A stretch of 64,000 nt of DNA from Salpingoeca rosetta (GCA_033442325.1 JAWQFM010000002.1:2135349-2199348), one strand, 5' to 3'. Shown: positions 1 to 25,876, numbered from the stretch's first letter. The notes: generated by a model not told the origin, from the letters alone. Numbers and translations are program-made.

Positions 1-198
1 TGAAGCGGCGCCTCATGCTTGTACATCACATCACAAGACTCCATTTGTTACTACGTGCTTGTCCTTGTGCGTTGCTTGTCTTTGTCTTTGTGTTTGTTTC
101 GTGTTATCGTAGTGCTTCGATCGATCCTGTATTTATGCTGCCCTGTGGAGCTGACAACATCTCACCATTTCGCTTTGACTTCTTGTCCTCGTGCTTAG

Positions 199-938
199 GG
201 AAACCATGGTTCGTGTGACTGGCGGTATGAAGGTGAAGGCCGATCGCGATGAGGTACGTCGCCAGTTCATTGTCACCTGCCACTTTTTTCCATGTGTGTG
301 TGTGCGTGGCGTGTGCGTGTGTGTGTGTTTTCATCGTGTGGCACCACGCTGCTCTCGTTTGCTTTCCTCCCCGTCTGCACTTCTCTCCGCCGATTCCCTC
401 CTACTTTCCCCTTTTTCTCATCTTTGCATTGCGTTTTTATGTGCTTGTGTGCGTGCTTGCGTGCGTGTATGCAGTCGTCGCCATACGCTGCGATGCTTGC
501 CGCCCAGGACGCCGCTGCCCGCTGCAAGGAGCTCGGCATCACCGCTCTTCACATCAAGCTCCGCGCCACCGGCGGTGTGCGCTCCAAGACCCCTGGCCCC
601 GGCGCGCAGTCCGCGCTCCGTGCCCTTGCCCGCTCTGGTCTCCGTATTGGCCGTATTGGTGCGTTCAAACTGTGGTGTATGTGTGTTTGTGTGTGTGTAT
701 TCGTGTGTGTGTGTTGTTTGCTGCAGCTTGCTGTGGGGTTGCGTGTTGTTGCGTGTTGCGTGAGGGTGTGCACGTTCCGTGCTCGTCCCCCGAGTCCCTG
801 TTTCTCCTTGCAACGCATGGCTCACATACCTCCACCCACCACGTCAATACCATCAACAAACAATTGGCAGAGGATGTCACTCCCATCCCCAGCGACAGCA
901 CAAGGAAGAAGGGTGGTCGCCGTGGTCGCCGTCTGTAA
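199..938 (+). CDS. RPS14: 40S ribosomal protein S14 (uS11), last three exons (199-253, 475-658, 871-938); 5' part lies upstream of the window
   Basis: Spliced translation [18 protein letters not shown]|[34 protein letters not shown]...[21 protein letters not shown]|[22 protein letters not shown] is the RPS14 signature. GT-AG junctions are in phase. Confidence 0.98.
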
Positions 939-1333
939 ACCACACATGCACGCACACATTTTGGCTTTTTGGTCCCCAGTTCTTGGTGTGTGAGTGGCGG
1001 CGTTGGTGATGATGTGTTTGTCTCCTTTACTTGAGATGTACGTGTGCCATGACGGTTCCCTCCCTCACAAGTACACGTGCATCAACGGACAACCGACCAC
1101 GTATTCGAGTGTCTGTGTGTGCTGGTTGTGGTGAAACCTCGCGGTTGAAAACTTGCGCACATTAATTTGAGTGCAGCGTTTACTTGTCTGTGATTGTCAC
1201 GAGCAGAGCGTAGAGTGGGGGAAGGGGACAAGGGGTGTTTGTTGGGAATGCAGAGATAGAGAGAGGGGGGGGGGATGGAGCGAGTCAACACACGCACAGA
1301 CAAGACAGACACGTGAACACACACACAAACAGT

Positions 1334-1376
<43 letters not shown>

Positions 1377-1421
1377 AAACACACACACACACACACACAA
1401 ACAGTCAAACACACGCGGCAT

Positions 1422-1682
1422 CTAGTCGTCGTCTTCCTCTGGCCTCCAGATGTCGTTGTCTTCCACGTATTGTACAATGTTCTTTGCCGCCGAGGCACCG
1501 GCATACACCACTGTGGGAAGCACAACGGTGATGCCTGCAAACACAAGAACGCTGGCCTTGCTTGGCATCTGGGGAATCAGGTCGTGGCCAGACAAGCCGC
1601 TTGTGGACCGCCGCGCAACCAGCGCAGCGCCGTTTGGCCTTGCCGCACTTCTCGCGGCCCGCACAAGCGTGGTTCCAAGCAT
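1422..1682 (-). CDS. SMDT1: Essential MCU regulator (EMRE/SMDT1)-like, 86 aa, intronless CDS
   Basis: MLGTTLVRAARSAARPNGAALVARRSTSGL is an Arg-rich, acid-free mitochondrial presequence. It is followed by LIPQMPSK, one TM helix with GxxxA (VYAGASAAKN) and an acidic tail VEDNDIWRPEEDDD. This parallels human EMRE as recalled (ILPKPVK...YVGTLISKN...LEEHDIFVPEDDDDDD). Confidence 0.88.
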   Translation of the reverse strand: MLGTTLVRAARSAARPNGAALVARRSTSGLSGHDLIPQMPSKASVLVFAGITVVLPTVVYAGASAAKNIVQYVEDNDIWRPEEDDD

Positions 1683-2341
1683 GGTTCTGGGTGTTGCAAG
1701 AACGAGCGCAGACAAAAAAGGGTCAGCAAGGAAAGACGGCCAGCAGCGGAATGGCCAAAGGCAAGGAGGAATCTCAGTCAGAGGGTGTGCGTGATGAGTG
1801 TGCGTGTCGTGGGAGGTCAACAAGGCCAGGAGGTGAAGGAGGAGAATTGAACGATCGGCAAGTGCGGGAGAGCGCAGTGTGAGAAGAACACACGGACAGC
1901 ATGGACAACGCAACTACAAGACCACCCCAGTGCTTTCATGGCGCAGGCAGGCACGGGAGCAACGCAAACACCAAACATGCACACGCACGCACACCCATCC
2001 AAACATCACAAACACCACCACCACAACAACACACGAACCTCCTCTTCTTTTTCCTCTCTTCCTTCTCGGCTTGCTTGGCAATCAAAATGAAGGCTCGACT
2101 ATTCGCGGAAGATATTCGTAATTTGTGCCGCACACTCAAAAAGGCAAAAGGGCAGCAGCCAAACCGTTCACTCTCCACTCACCACCTGCTTGGTTTCATG
2201 TCAACGCAGTCCACGTTGTTCGCCCGCCAAGCAAGCCAGCAGCCAAGTTCTCGCGTCAGCACGACTCACCTCACTTGGGAGCCAAAGCAAGCAGCACTTG
2301 GGTTCATAGTTGGTGTGCGGGTGCATCTGCGAATCCGAACC

Positions 2342-4698
<2,357 letters not shown>

Positions 4699-5385
4699 CG
4701 CTGTGTGTGTGTGTGTGTGTGTGTGCAATTGGCTGCGACAAGTATTGACGCGTGTGCAGTGGTGCATCTCTTCGGGTTTTTCCCGCGTACTCGATGCAAG
4801 CGAGCGTGCTTCTTGGCTTTAGCGCGTGTTGTGTGTATTTCGTTGGTTTCGCGTGCTAACCGACGACTAGAGCTTCTCATAACATAAAGACATCCGATGA
4901 CCCATTATCAACACACACGCGCACGCGAGCAAGGCTGTGCGTGCGCAGTGTGAAGTAACGACGTGACGACAGGCAGGAAGCGAGCAATGTGGCAAAACAA
5001 TAACAGTGACACGCACGGTGTTGCACAGTTGGACAGCTGTACATCAATGCTGAGTTGTGCCGACAAGGACCGTGAGAGCACACACACACACACACACACA
5101 CACATGCACACGGCAGCGGGTTGACTTATGTATGTACAAGGAAAAAAAAAAGAATTGCAATATTTGAACAGCGACGGGCTGGAGCGCGTTGTAGGTGGCG
5201 TGTTGTGAGTTGCGCATCTACACAAGCAGGTTGCGCCCAGCAACGCCAAACTTCGCCCTGGGAGTGGAGAGCACATGTGGAGGTTGGAAAGGCGGGGGAG
5301 GGGGGAGGAGGAGCGGGCGAGTATGTGAGTGCGTGGGTGGAGAACAGACGTACAGCAGCAAGCCTTTAGCAGAGGTTGAGAGCAA

Positions 5386-8251
5386 CTACGCATCAAAGGC
5401 GCCAAATGCATCCAGGCTTCGCACGCCACTGCTGCAACAAAATATGTATACAGTGTCGAACACACACACAAACAAACACACACACACACAGAGACACACC
5501 AAGACATACACCAAAACTTACGGGTCGAGAAACCTTGATCTGCAGTTAATGTACTTCTCCGGTCGCTCGTTGGCGAGGCCGCGAAGCTGCTGCGCCACGA
5601 GCATAATGTGCCGGTGGTCCAGCTTAAATAGCGCGCTGTGGTCCTCAGACTGTGACAAGGAAAGAGCGAGTAAGGCGTGCCAGTGTCGAGCTTGCGTGAG
5701 CTCTGTCAGGACACCACAGCAGTAACGCCACCACCTTCGCCCCTTCTCACCACCACCGTCCAGAACAGCACCCAGTCGTATCAGCAGCGACATCGAAACC
5801 AACAATTTAGCACGACACCAAGCAGCGGCAGTGCTCACCCAGCCAGGGCCGTCGCATGTCTTTGAAGCAATGTGGACGGCTGCGGCCCCGCGGACGGAGG
5901 GCCGGAGACCGTAGAAGCGCTGCTCTTGCAGAGGCAACGTGATCAGGTACTAGAAAACACACATGACACAGGCATATGAGTGGCGTGCCATACAAACAGC
6001 CCTTGTGCATGCGAAGGTTGTACAGCCAGACAGGGGAGGACAAACAGGCGCTGCCGTGTTGCATGTGAAGGGCACACACCTCTGCGAGAGCCATGCCTTC
6101 GAGGGAGAGCTGAAGCACAATGGCATATACGGAGATGAAGTCCAGTGGTGTGACGTTCATCACCTGTCAAGTGTCGGGGCAGAGCAAAAAGGAGGCAGCG
6201 GGCGTTTGCGTCAGTGGCATGCTGCAAGGCTGATGTGCGGGCATGTGTTGGTGGCTTGGCAGTTTGGTGTGTGATGTCATGGGCTTGCAATGGGCACTAC
6301 AGCGAAGCGTGTGTGTGTTGATAGCACGCTCACCCAAACAAAACTAAACGCGACCCCCACGAGCGCCAATGACGTCATTTTTCGCTCGCACCCAAACCAT
6401 CACAACGTCGGAGGGCAGACAGCAGGTGTTCACACCACACACACACACCCACACCCACATAAACACACAATCCCAATAGACGCAGCCACACTGCCGTCTT
6501 TCTCTCTGTCTTTGTTTTTGGCAGAGGCAGGGGCGCCACGTACGTAGAAGCGGAGAGCGGTGAGCATGGTGAGTTCCTTGTCGATAAACGCCTGTCGCGG
6601 GTAGAGGCCAGCGCACACGTACTCAAAGTCTGCAAGCTCTGGGGGAAGCACCTCCAGAAACTTGGATGCGATCCATAGGGATGTTGCGCCGCAGCATTGG
6701 TAGTCGTGGCGTTGCTCGTCGGGGCGGGCTGCCAGGTACCGGTCGAGAATGTCCACAGCACAGAACAGCGTTTCGTCCCGCAGCTTGAAGCTCACCTGCG
6801 TCAAGCAAGCACAAACAACACGCAAGCAAGCGACGGAAGAATGTGTGCGTGTGTGTGTGTGTGTCGGGGAGGTGGGAGGGGAGAACAGCACATTCGGAAG
6901 GGGGGTGAGCGTGTGCAGAGCAACCTCGCCTCAGGCAAAGACACCGGTTTGTGTACACCAAAAGAAAAAGGAGAGGCATGGGGATGCGGTCGTGTACATT
7001 ACCTGAATCTCAATCATCCAATCAATAACAACGGTGCGCATGGCAAGGTTGATTCCACGCGATGGCCGAGGGTTGAGCAGATACTTTTCCTGTTAAAGCA
7101 ATGTGGGGCAACGGCACGGCAGGGCGTTTCAGCACATACCGCAACTAGCCATCACACAGAAACGCATGCTGGAGGGCAAGCACAAGCCACAGAAGCACAC
7201 CCACACCCACCCACACATGCAGCCGTACCTCGCGTTGCAAGTTCTTGGCGTAGATGGCGTCGACGTAGTTGAGGGACATGACATCAGAGTGCGGTACATC
7301 CTGCGATGGCTGGTGTTGCGGGGGAGCTTCTCTCGATGCTGGCACAGGGGCGGATGACCTCGGTTGCTTCTGGGGGCGACGTGTGTTGCTCGCGGATGTC
7401 ACAGGTCGTGGTCGTGCACTTCTCCCGGCCTGTGATCTGCTCCTAGACCTGACAATTGGCATCATGCAAAGCAAGACAGCCGTGAATGGTGAGTCACACA
7501 GCTTTGGGCGGGGGGGGGGGGGTTACTGGGCGAGTCAAGGGGGCGGCGCAGGTGATGGTTGCTCGACAAGTGGTCAATGTGGGACTGATGCAAGTGGCAA
7601 CGGCATCGCACCACACGGCCGGCAGCGTGTTTGAACGACTCACGTGGTGGAGGATGAGGGGACGGCCACGACTTTGGGCGAGGAGGCGTTTTCCTTGTCG
7701 CCAGCAATGGCCTCATCCTGGGGTTGCTGCTTGCCCCTTTGAAGGGCAGGGAACTTGTGGTACAAGTGAGCACGCCCCGCCTTTGACATCCGCCGGTGGC
7801 TGGTGGTGGATGATGGTGTCTGCGTGCAGTTTTGCGTGCGTGCGTGCGTGCGATCATTCAAGCAAACAGTGAGTTGCAACGCAGACATCACACTTCAAAG
7901 CAACAACAACAGCAACGATGACAGCAGCACAACAAAAAGAGCAACACAGACTTGATGACGACACACAGCACCTCAACGTACCCTGCAGCTTTCTCCCCAA
8001 CTGACAAAACAGACAGCACGCAAATGCACTCACCAAGTCAAGCGCATCGTCATCCTCTGGGATGTCGATGCCAGACTCATCGTGCCTCCTCTTTGCTCGA
8101 TCAGTCTACGTCCGCAGTGTGTATGTATGTGTGTGTGTGGTATTGTGTGAGCGTGTGAGTACAGGTTTGGTGGAGCGGAGCGAGTAAGGCACACAGACAG
8201 ACACACGCACAGACGCAGTCACACACACACACAGACGCACAGACACAAAGC

Positions 8252-8282
<31 letters not shown>

Positions 8283-8430
8283 TGCGGTGTTTTTGTTTTG
8301 GGTGTGTTGGTTGGGTGGGTGACGGTGGCATTCAGGCACGGTGTGACAATAACGTAAAGCACCGGTTCATGGCAGCATCACCCCTCTCCCCTCTCGCAGT
8401 CGCATGTGGCGTGTGAGATAGCCTTACCAT
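5386..8430 (-). CDS. Mitotic (A/B-type) cyclin, multi-exon; ATG-only first coding exon at 8430-8428; 3' end is either 5518 or, via a GTAAGT donor, 5386
   Basis: Cyclin box MRTVVIDWMIEIQ|VSFKLRDETLFCAVDILDRYL...GATSLWIASKFLEVLPPELADFEYVC...KELTMLTALRFY. A second cyclin fold follows (TPLDFI...YLITLPL...PSVRGAAAV). The disordered N-terminus contains DKEN (KEN box). Confidence 0.9.
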
Positions 8431-8923
8431 CTTGGGTGTCGGCTGTTGTTGTGGGCTGGCTTGTCGACTGCTGGTGGACTGGTTGGCTGCCCGGACGGCC
8501 TTCTTGGGAGTGCCACGGAGATGAGTGAGTGATGGATGATGAAGGAGAGGAGAGGTGGCAGCTGGTCGGGCATCAATACCAAACCGCGCCGGCGCGCAAA
8601 AAAGGGCACCTCAAACCGCGCGCTTTCCGCCTGATTTGCCCGGTTGACCGGGTTTTAAAATGTTGGCGGGGCCTTCTTCGCTCTTGTGCGCATTGGTGCT
8701 GCTGGCGCTGTATCCACCATGGAGTCGTTGATCGAAAACGTGCTGACTCAGCTCATAGGGCGACAAGCGACACACGGAAAAGTGCAAGAAAGAAGAACGC
8801 CAAAAGGCAAGCAAGCAAGCAAGGAAGGAAGGACACACACCCTTCTTCTTCTGCTTCCGCTGCTTCCGCTTTGCGCACACCCACCCCACGCCACAGCGCC
8901 ACCTTGCTTTGCTCGTCAACAAC
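8431..8923. promoter_or_regulatory. Divergent (head-to-head) promoter region shared by the cyclin and GOLGA7
   Basis: About 490 bp separate the two opposite start codons. The region is CpG-rich and microsatellite-poor, with TTGGCGGG next to TTTTAAAA at 8653-8670. Confidence 0.5.
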
Positions 8924-9194
8924 ATGGCCACGCAGACGTCGAGTGGAGGAGGTGATGGCAGTGGAGCACAGCAGCCATCACCGCCGGCGCCCTCGGCGAT
9001 CTTTATCCAGCGTGATTTCTCAAAGGGCACCACACCCCGCTTCGCTACAACGCTTCCACAACAGCTTGCCTCAAAGGTGAGTTGTGTTGTGTAGTGTTTG
9101 TGTGTGTTTGATGGGTTGTGTGTTGTGAGTTGTGTGCGTGTGTGCGTGATGGGTGCTCATGCGCGTTTCTCAGGTCTATCATCCCTCACGCAGC

Positions 9195-9263
<69 letters not shown>

Positions 9264-10396
9264 GTGTGGTGCAGATCTCCGCGGAACAATTTGCACATGC
9301 CATCACACAGATCAACGACGTCTTTGAGGAAGCAGAAGCGCCTTCCCTCAGCCTCTACATGACGGTGTGTGTGTGTGTGTGTGCGAGCGAGTGTGAGCGA
9401 GTGTTCCGTGTTGTGCGTGTATGTGGTTGTTGGTGGGAATGTCTTTCTCCTTCTCCTTCTCCTTCTCCTTTTCTTCGTCTTTGGCTTTCTCTCCCTCCCT
9501 CTCTCCCTCTCTCCCTCTCTCCCTCTCTCCCTCTCTCCCTCTCTCCCTCTCTCCCTCCCTCCCTCCCTCCCTCTTTCTCTCTCGCTCTCTCTCTCTCTCT
9601 GTGTGCTCAGCCGTCTTGTCGTGGCGTGTTCAGTGGACCATGTCGCAAGCTCATTGCTTCGAACTGTGTCGCGTCATGACTGACTTGTGCACATGTGGGG
9701 GTGTTGGTGTGCAGAACGTGCTGTCGTGTTTGACGGGGCATCTCCTTCAATTCTGCGTCGAGAATCCCTACGAGAAGGTGCGCGCTTGACTATCATGGGA
9801 GTGCGGTTTTGCCGCAAGGCGGGTGCTGGTGCCTGTGCTGGTGGCTGTATCTCCCTTTCCAACAACGTCACAACGCATGCTATTGACTTTGTTTTGTACA
9901 CGCAGAGGTTTCGGGAAGTGTCGGCATTAACGGAGCAGCTCAACCAGCAGGTGCGCGCGGTGCACGCACGCATTGTGTGTGTGTGTGTGCATTGTGTGCA
10001 CATGTTGTGGATGTGTACGTGTGCATATTGTGAATGCGTGCGTATGTGTGTGTGTGTGTGTGTGCACGCCACGTCGGGGTAGCTCACACCTGCTCGAATG
10101 CACCCATGACAACAGGTGTTTGGACCGAAAGGCTTGCGCATGGTGGACCCGTTAAGAAGAGGACTGAGAGCGGTAAGGGCTAGGCGTAGCTGTTCACACA
10201 TTTCAGTGCATGTCTGGTGGCACGTTGCTTGGCACATTTCGTCGCACGCTGCTTGGCACGTTTTGTGTGGACCTCCGCACAGACGAGCTCTCGCAACAAC
10301 TTGGCAGGCACCTGCCATGTACACAAGCCACATCCTGTGCCACAATGTTGTTGTTCACGCCACACACACATGCACACACATGCACACATGCACACA

Positions 10397-10449
<53 letters not shown>

Positions 10450-10501
10450 CTCATGCCCTTGTGTTCAGATTGAAATTCAAGTGCTCAACGTTGCAGTGTA
10501 G
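8924..10501 (+). CDS. GOLGA7: Golgin A7 / GCP16 / Erf4, accessory subunit of the Ras palmitoyltransferase
   Basis: Exons give IFIQRDFSKGTTPRFATTLPQQLASK|ISAEQFAHAITQINDVFEEAE...|NVLSCLTGHLLQFCVENPYEK|RFREVSALTEQLNQQ|VFGPKGLRMVDPLRRGLRA|IEIQV. This is colinear with GOLGA7 (VFIQRDY..G...F...DPIERGLRVIEI). Confidence 0.95.
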
Positions 10502-11262
10502 GTGGGGTGGGGCGTACGTTCGTTACTGGATCACATTGTCGATAGAAGAAGGTGTGTATTTGCTTTGGGATAGGGGAGGGTGGTGGTGGTTGTGCCAGCA
10601 TCATGGGGGGAAACACAACAGGCAGCGAGAAGACGAAAGGAAAAGAGACGAGCAGTCAACGACGATCTGGCTTGGAAGAGGAGTGAACGTTTGTGCATAT
10701 GCATCAAGGGATGGGGGGGAGGCGTAGAGGTGCTGCTAGAGGGTGAAGCGCAGGGAGTGGTGCATGCGTACGGCTGCTTGTTTCTTGAGTGGAAGGTCAG
10801 CACGCGGTGGGTGCATGTGATTGCGTGGGTGCATGTGCAGGGTGTGTATTGGTGCTGCCTATCGATCAAGTACACAATCACAAACGCCATGGGACGAAGA
10901 AATGAAACAATCGAGTCGTGAAACAGCCGCAGCAGTGAGCGCGGTGCACACGCGTCTCACATTAGTTGAACCAAGCAGGCAAGCGAGTCAGTTAGAGATG
11001 AACGCGAGAAGCACACCGACGAGAAACGAAAACGGGGGCATGGTAACCAGCTGGTGTGTTGGGGAGAGAGAGAAGGGGTGGGGGTGGGAGAGGGAGACGC
11101 TGCAACAGCGGGTGAACAAGATGAACAACAGCGTGGACAGGCGAGAGAAGAGAAGCCGTAACAAAAACAAACTGCCTTGAGGGGGGGGGTGTGGGGGTGT
11201 ATGTGTGCATGTATGTGTGCGCGCGTGTATGTGTGTGTGTGTGTGTTTGTATGCGTGTGCCA

Positions 11263-22370
<11,108 letters not shown>

Positions 22371-22513
22371 TCTCGCTTGTTGCTTGCGGTGTGTGGAGTC
22401 GGTTGATTGAGGAGAATTTTCGAAAGATATTCACAAAAATTATCGACTGGGTCAATTAACAAACGTCTTGTTTGTGTTTCCGTGTTGCTTGTTGGGCGAC
22501 CACCTGCCTGGTG

Positions 22514-24139
22514 ATGCTGGCTCTGCCTGCTCTGCCTGCGACACGTGCAACGACAAGGTGCTGCTGGAGAGGATGATGGCCATGCTGGGGGTGGGGTTCA
22601 GCAGCTAGCGGGCCACCACCGCGTACAAGGTTCGCCTGCGGAGTGCGCGCGAGACCACTACGCCTCGTGGGACGACCTGAAACGGCTGGCAAAAGACATT
22701 GATTGCCAGACACCGTGAGCGCAGCGACGGCGCAGCAGCTGAACGCTTACTGGACGCTTACTGGACGCTTACTGGACGCAAGAAGCTGTGTCTCCCTCCT
22801 CCACGCCACCACAGGACGGTGCAGCGGGTGGTGCTGTCGCTGTTCGACATCACGCTGCCGCCCAGCCTGCACAAAATGGACACAACACCGCCAGAGCAGC
22901 AAGCACACTGGCTCGCGTGCATTGGGCAGCAGCTGCACGCGATTCTGACGGATGAGAAGACCAAGCTGAGGCGGACCGAGGAGGACAAAGAGCGGGAGAA
23001 GGCGAAGAAAGCAAGCCAGCACACGGGCACAGCAACACCAACAGCGACGACGAGAACGGCGGCAGCAACGAAGAAGAGGAAGAGCCAGAAGAAGGGGGAG
23101 AAGGGGAAGAAAGGGGTTGAATCGTTGGAGAGGAAAGAGGAGCCGGGGATGATGTGGATGCAGGCGACTGCTAGGAGCACACGACATGACCTGAACAACG
23201 ACAGGAATTTCGGCAACGGCGACTGCGATTGTTATGACGACCGTGATGGCGACGACCGTTTCGATGGCGACGCCTGTGACTTTGGCTGTTACAGCAGTCG
23301 TGGCGACGACGACGACGACGACCGTTTCGATGGCGACGCCTGTGACTATGGTTGTTTCAACAGTCGTGACGACGACGACGACGACGACCGTTGCGATGGC
23401 GACGACTGTGACTTTGGCTGTTATAGCAGTCGTGGCGACGACTCCGATGTCGAGGCTGCAGAAGTGCGGCGTGTGGAGATCACAAGACCACAAACCGGAG
23501 CCAGCAAGGTCAGTGGTAGCATAGAACGCCAGCCACGTGCAAATGCGCGTTTGTGTGCTTCTGCCATGCAATTTGCAAGCTTGTTCCCAAGTTGTGCCGA
23601 GTGTGAAAGGCGTGTGTTTTGCGCAGGTTGTGACGCCTTGGACTGCACTCACACCAACGCCCATTGGCGGCCGGGGGGGGGATCTTTCACTGTCACGTGC
23701 TTGCTGTTCTGCAGCAGCGGCAGCGGCGGCGGGGCACGCCATCAGGGCAGCACGGTGAAGACATGCAGCTGGAGCCGGAACTGCGCAGGCGCCTTGAGGA
23801 CTGGAACGTTCTTCCCCATGCGACGCCGTTTTTTTTGCAGAGCACGGCATTGCGGGCATGGATGACTTGCTGTGCGAAGTGAGCAGCAGTGTGTCTGCGA
23901 TGCGGAAGATACGGGCGTGTGGAGTGGACAGCGCGCCTGCGCGTCGGCTGTTGCGACGCACGAAAAAGCTTCGACAAGGACAGCGAGTCACCAAGGCCTT
24001 GGCTGTGGCTGCGTTTGGGGTTGTGTTATGTGCTGCTTTGGCTCCCGCTGGACCAGCGCACGCTCTCCTTGATGCCTGGGCAGTGGCGTGTATGAACATG
24101 AACTTGCGCGTGTGTATGAACTTGTGTATGTGTGTATGA
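22514..24139 (+). CDS. Hypothetical protein (Lys/Glu-rich and Asp/Cys repeat segments; SAM-like region broken by a frameshift; C-terminal hydrophobic segment); may be a pseudogene
   Basis: Plausible in-phase splicing gives ...DHYASWDDLKRLAKDIDCQT|PTVQRVVLSLFDITLPP..., followed by a long open frame to ...GASK|. LEDWNVLPHATPFF and AEHGIAGMDDLL...RACGV...RRLLR lie in different frames across the T8 run at 23829-23836. Confidence 0.4.
23250..23445 (+). repeat. About 69-bp coding tandem repeat, about 3 copies (DDRFDGDACDFGCYSSRGDDDD)
   Basis: Near-identical units gacgaccgtttcgatggcgacgcctgtgactttggctgttacagcagtcgtggcgacgac are visible directly. Confidence 0.85.
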
Positions 24140-24667
24140 ACTTGTGTATGTGTGTATGAACTTGTGTACGTGTACGTGTGTGTGTGTGTGTGGTATGCAT
24201 TTGGTGTGCGTGTGCGTGCATAAACTTCTCTGTGTGTGAACTTGTGTGTATCTGTGCGTCTATGCGTGTGTGTGTATCGGCACCCTGACTCTGTCTCTCT
24301 GACACACATGCACAACCCCCCCTCTGTGTGTGTGTCCCCCACTCTCTCCCTCGGTCTCTGTGTCTCTGTCGCCGTGCCTCGCGCACTTTCTCCACTCAAT
24401 GAGCCGTGCGATTGATCGCTCCTTGGTTTGCTGTTGTTGTGATGTGACATCTTTCCACCTTGCCACCATTCCACCTTCCTTTTCATTCACGACCCTCGGG
24501 GGGGGTTTTTTGTTGTATCTCGGGCTCTGATGATAGAAGATTGACATGAGTATTGGCGATATGGCATGGAAGGACATTGAGGAGGGCAGGGAGTGCATGG
24601 TGTGGAGCATGGTGTGGAGCGCTTGGTGGAGAGAGGGGAGGGCAAGATACAAGGCATGATTGGTGAT

Positions 24668-24939
24668 GGCCAATCAGCAGCTTGCCGCGCGAGGTGCATG
24701 TTGTGGGTTGTGGGGTTGTCTTTTCTCTCTGCGAAAGAAATTTCGCGTGGAATCCCGCGCGTGGAAAATCGTGCACATTTTTAGGGCGTGGGAAACGTTT
24801 GGCGGGCAACCACGCGTGGATTTTTTTGTTTAATTTTTTTTTTGCGTCGTGGTGCCAAAGTCAAAACTCCTCTCGCCGGGATTGCTTTTCTGCTTTTGTT
24901 CTGCTGCACCAATGGCCGCGGGCATTTTTCTTTTCGCGC
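24668..24939 (+). promoter_or_regulatory. Histone H1 promoter with CCAAT boxes and E2F-like sites
   Basis: GGCCAATCAGC (24668), TTTCGCGTGG (24741), TTTGGCGGG (24798), CCAAT (24909) and TTTTCGCGC (24931). CGCGTGGA occurs three times. Confidence 0.5.
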
Positions 24940-25012
24940 TCCATCCACCCCTGCTGAGATCTCTCTTCCCCGCCTATCCACCAGCAAAACACACCACCGC
25001 TTACCAGACACA

Positions 25013-25876
25013 ATGGCACCCACCAAGGCACCCACGGTCACGGACCTCATCAAGGAGGCCATCGAGAACCTGAAGGTCAAGGGCTCCGCCAAGGGCGTCA
25101 GCCGCACGGCCATCAAGAACTACATTGGTGACCGCTCCACCATTGCCCGCATCAACCTTTCCCTGAAGCGCCTGGTCGCAAAGGACGAGCTTGTGCAGGT
25201 CAAGGACAGCTTCAAGTTCAACGCCAAGGCGCTCGCTGCCAAGAAGAAGGCAGCAACCAAGAAGGCCGCCCCCAAGAAGAAGAAGACCACCACAAAGAAG
25301 ACCACCACCACCAAGCCCAAGAAGGTGGGGTTCTTCTGCGATTGCTTTTTGTTTTTGTGTGGGGTTGATCCATATGGGAGCTTGCCTGCGTGCACCAAAT
25401 GCCAATGCGCACTATCCACCATGAGCCCGCCTGTGCCGGTCTTGGTGCGAGGTGGCATGGTTGATTGGTCCTTGGGCTTTGCAACACCGCCGGACACGCT
25501 CATGTGCACGGCAACCCCATCAGACGAAGCCCTCCCCCTCTTTTCCCCCCCCCCCCCCGCTTTTGCTCCCTTATTTGTTGTGGATACCCAATGCATATTT
25601 CGTTGGCCAACGTATTTTGGACCCTGACAATATTTTGCGTGTGTAACCCACCACCTTTTCCTCATCATCACCGCACCACCTCTCCCATCCATTGGCGATG
25701 CCAACCGCGTTCCTACGCACCTTCTCACCCATCTCCCATCCTTTCCTTGCTCCACCTCACAGTCTGCCGCCGCTAAGAAGAAGAAGACGACCAAGAAGTC
25801 CACCAAGAAGACGACCACCAAGAAGGGCGCCAAGAAGTCCACGAAGAAGACGACCAAGAAGTCCACCAAGAAGTAA
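25013..25876 (+). CDS. Linker histone H1 (exons 25013-25324, 25763-25876)
   Basis: Winged-helix globular domain PTVTDLIKEAIENLK...KGVSRTAIKNYI...INLSLKRLVAKDELVQVKDSFKF, followed by a Lys/Thr/Ala-rich tail. One phase-0 GT-AG intron. Confidence 0.95.

Noticed and set aside
1-198. Possible intronic snoRNA in the RPS14 intron
   Set aside because: A CTGA and an ACA are present, but I found no convincing C box, terminal stem or H/ACA hairpin pair.
22747-24486. 579-aa minus-strand ORF
   Set aside because: Antisense shadow of GC-rich/repeat sequence with no recognisable motifs.
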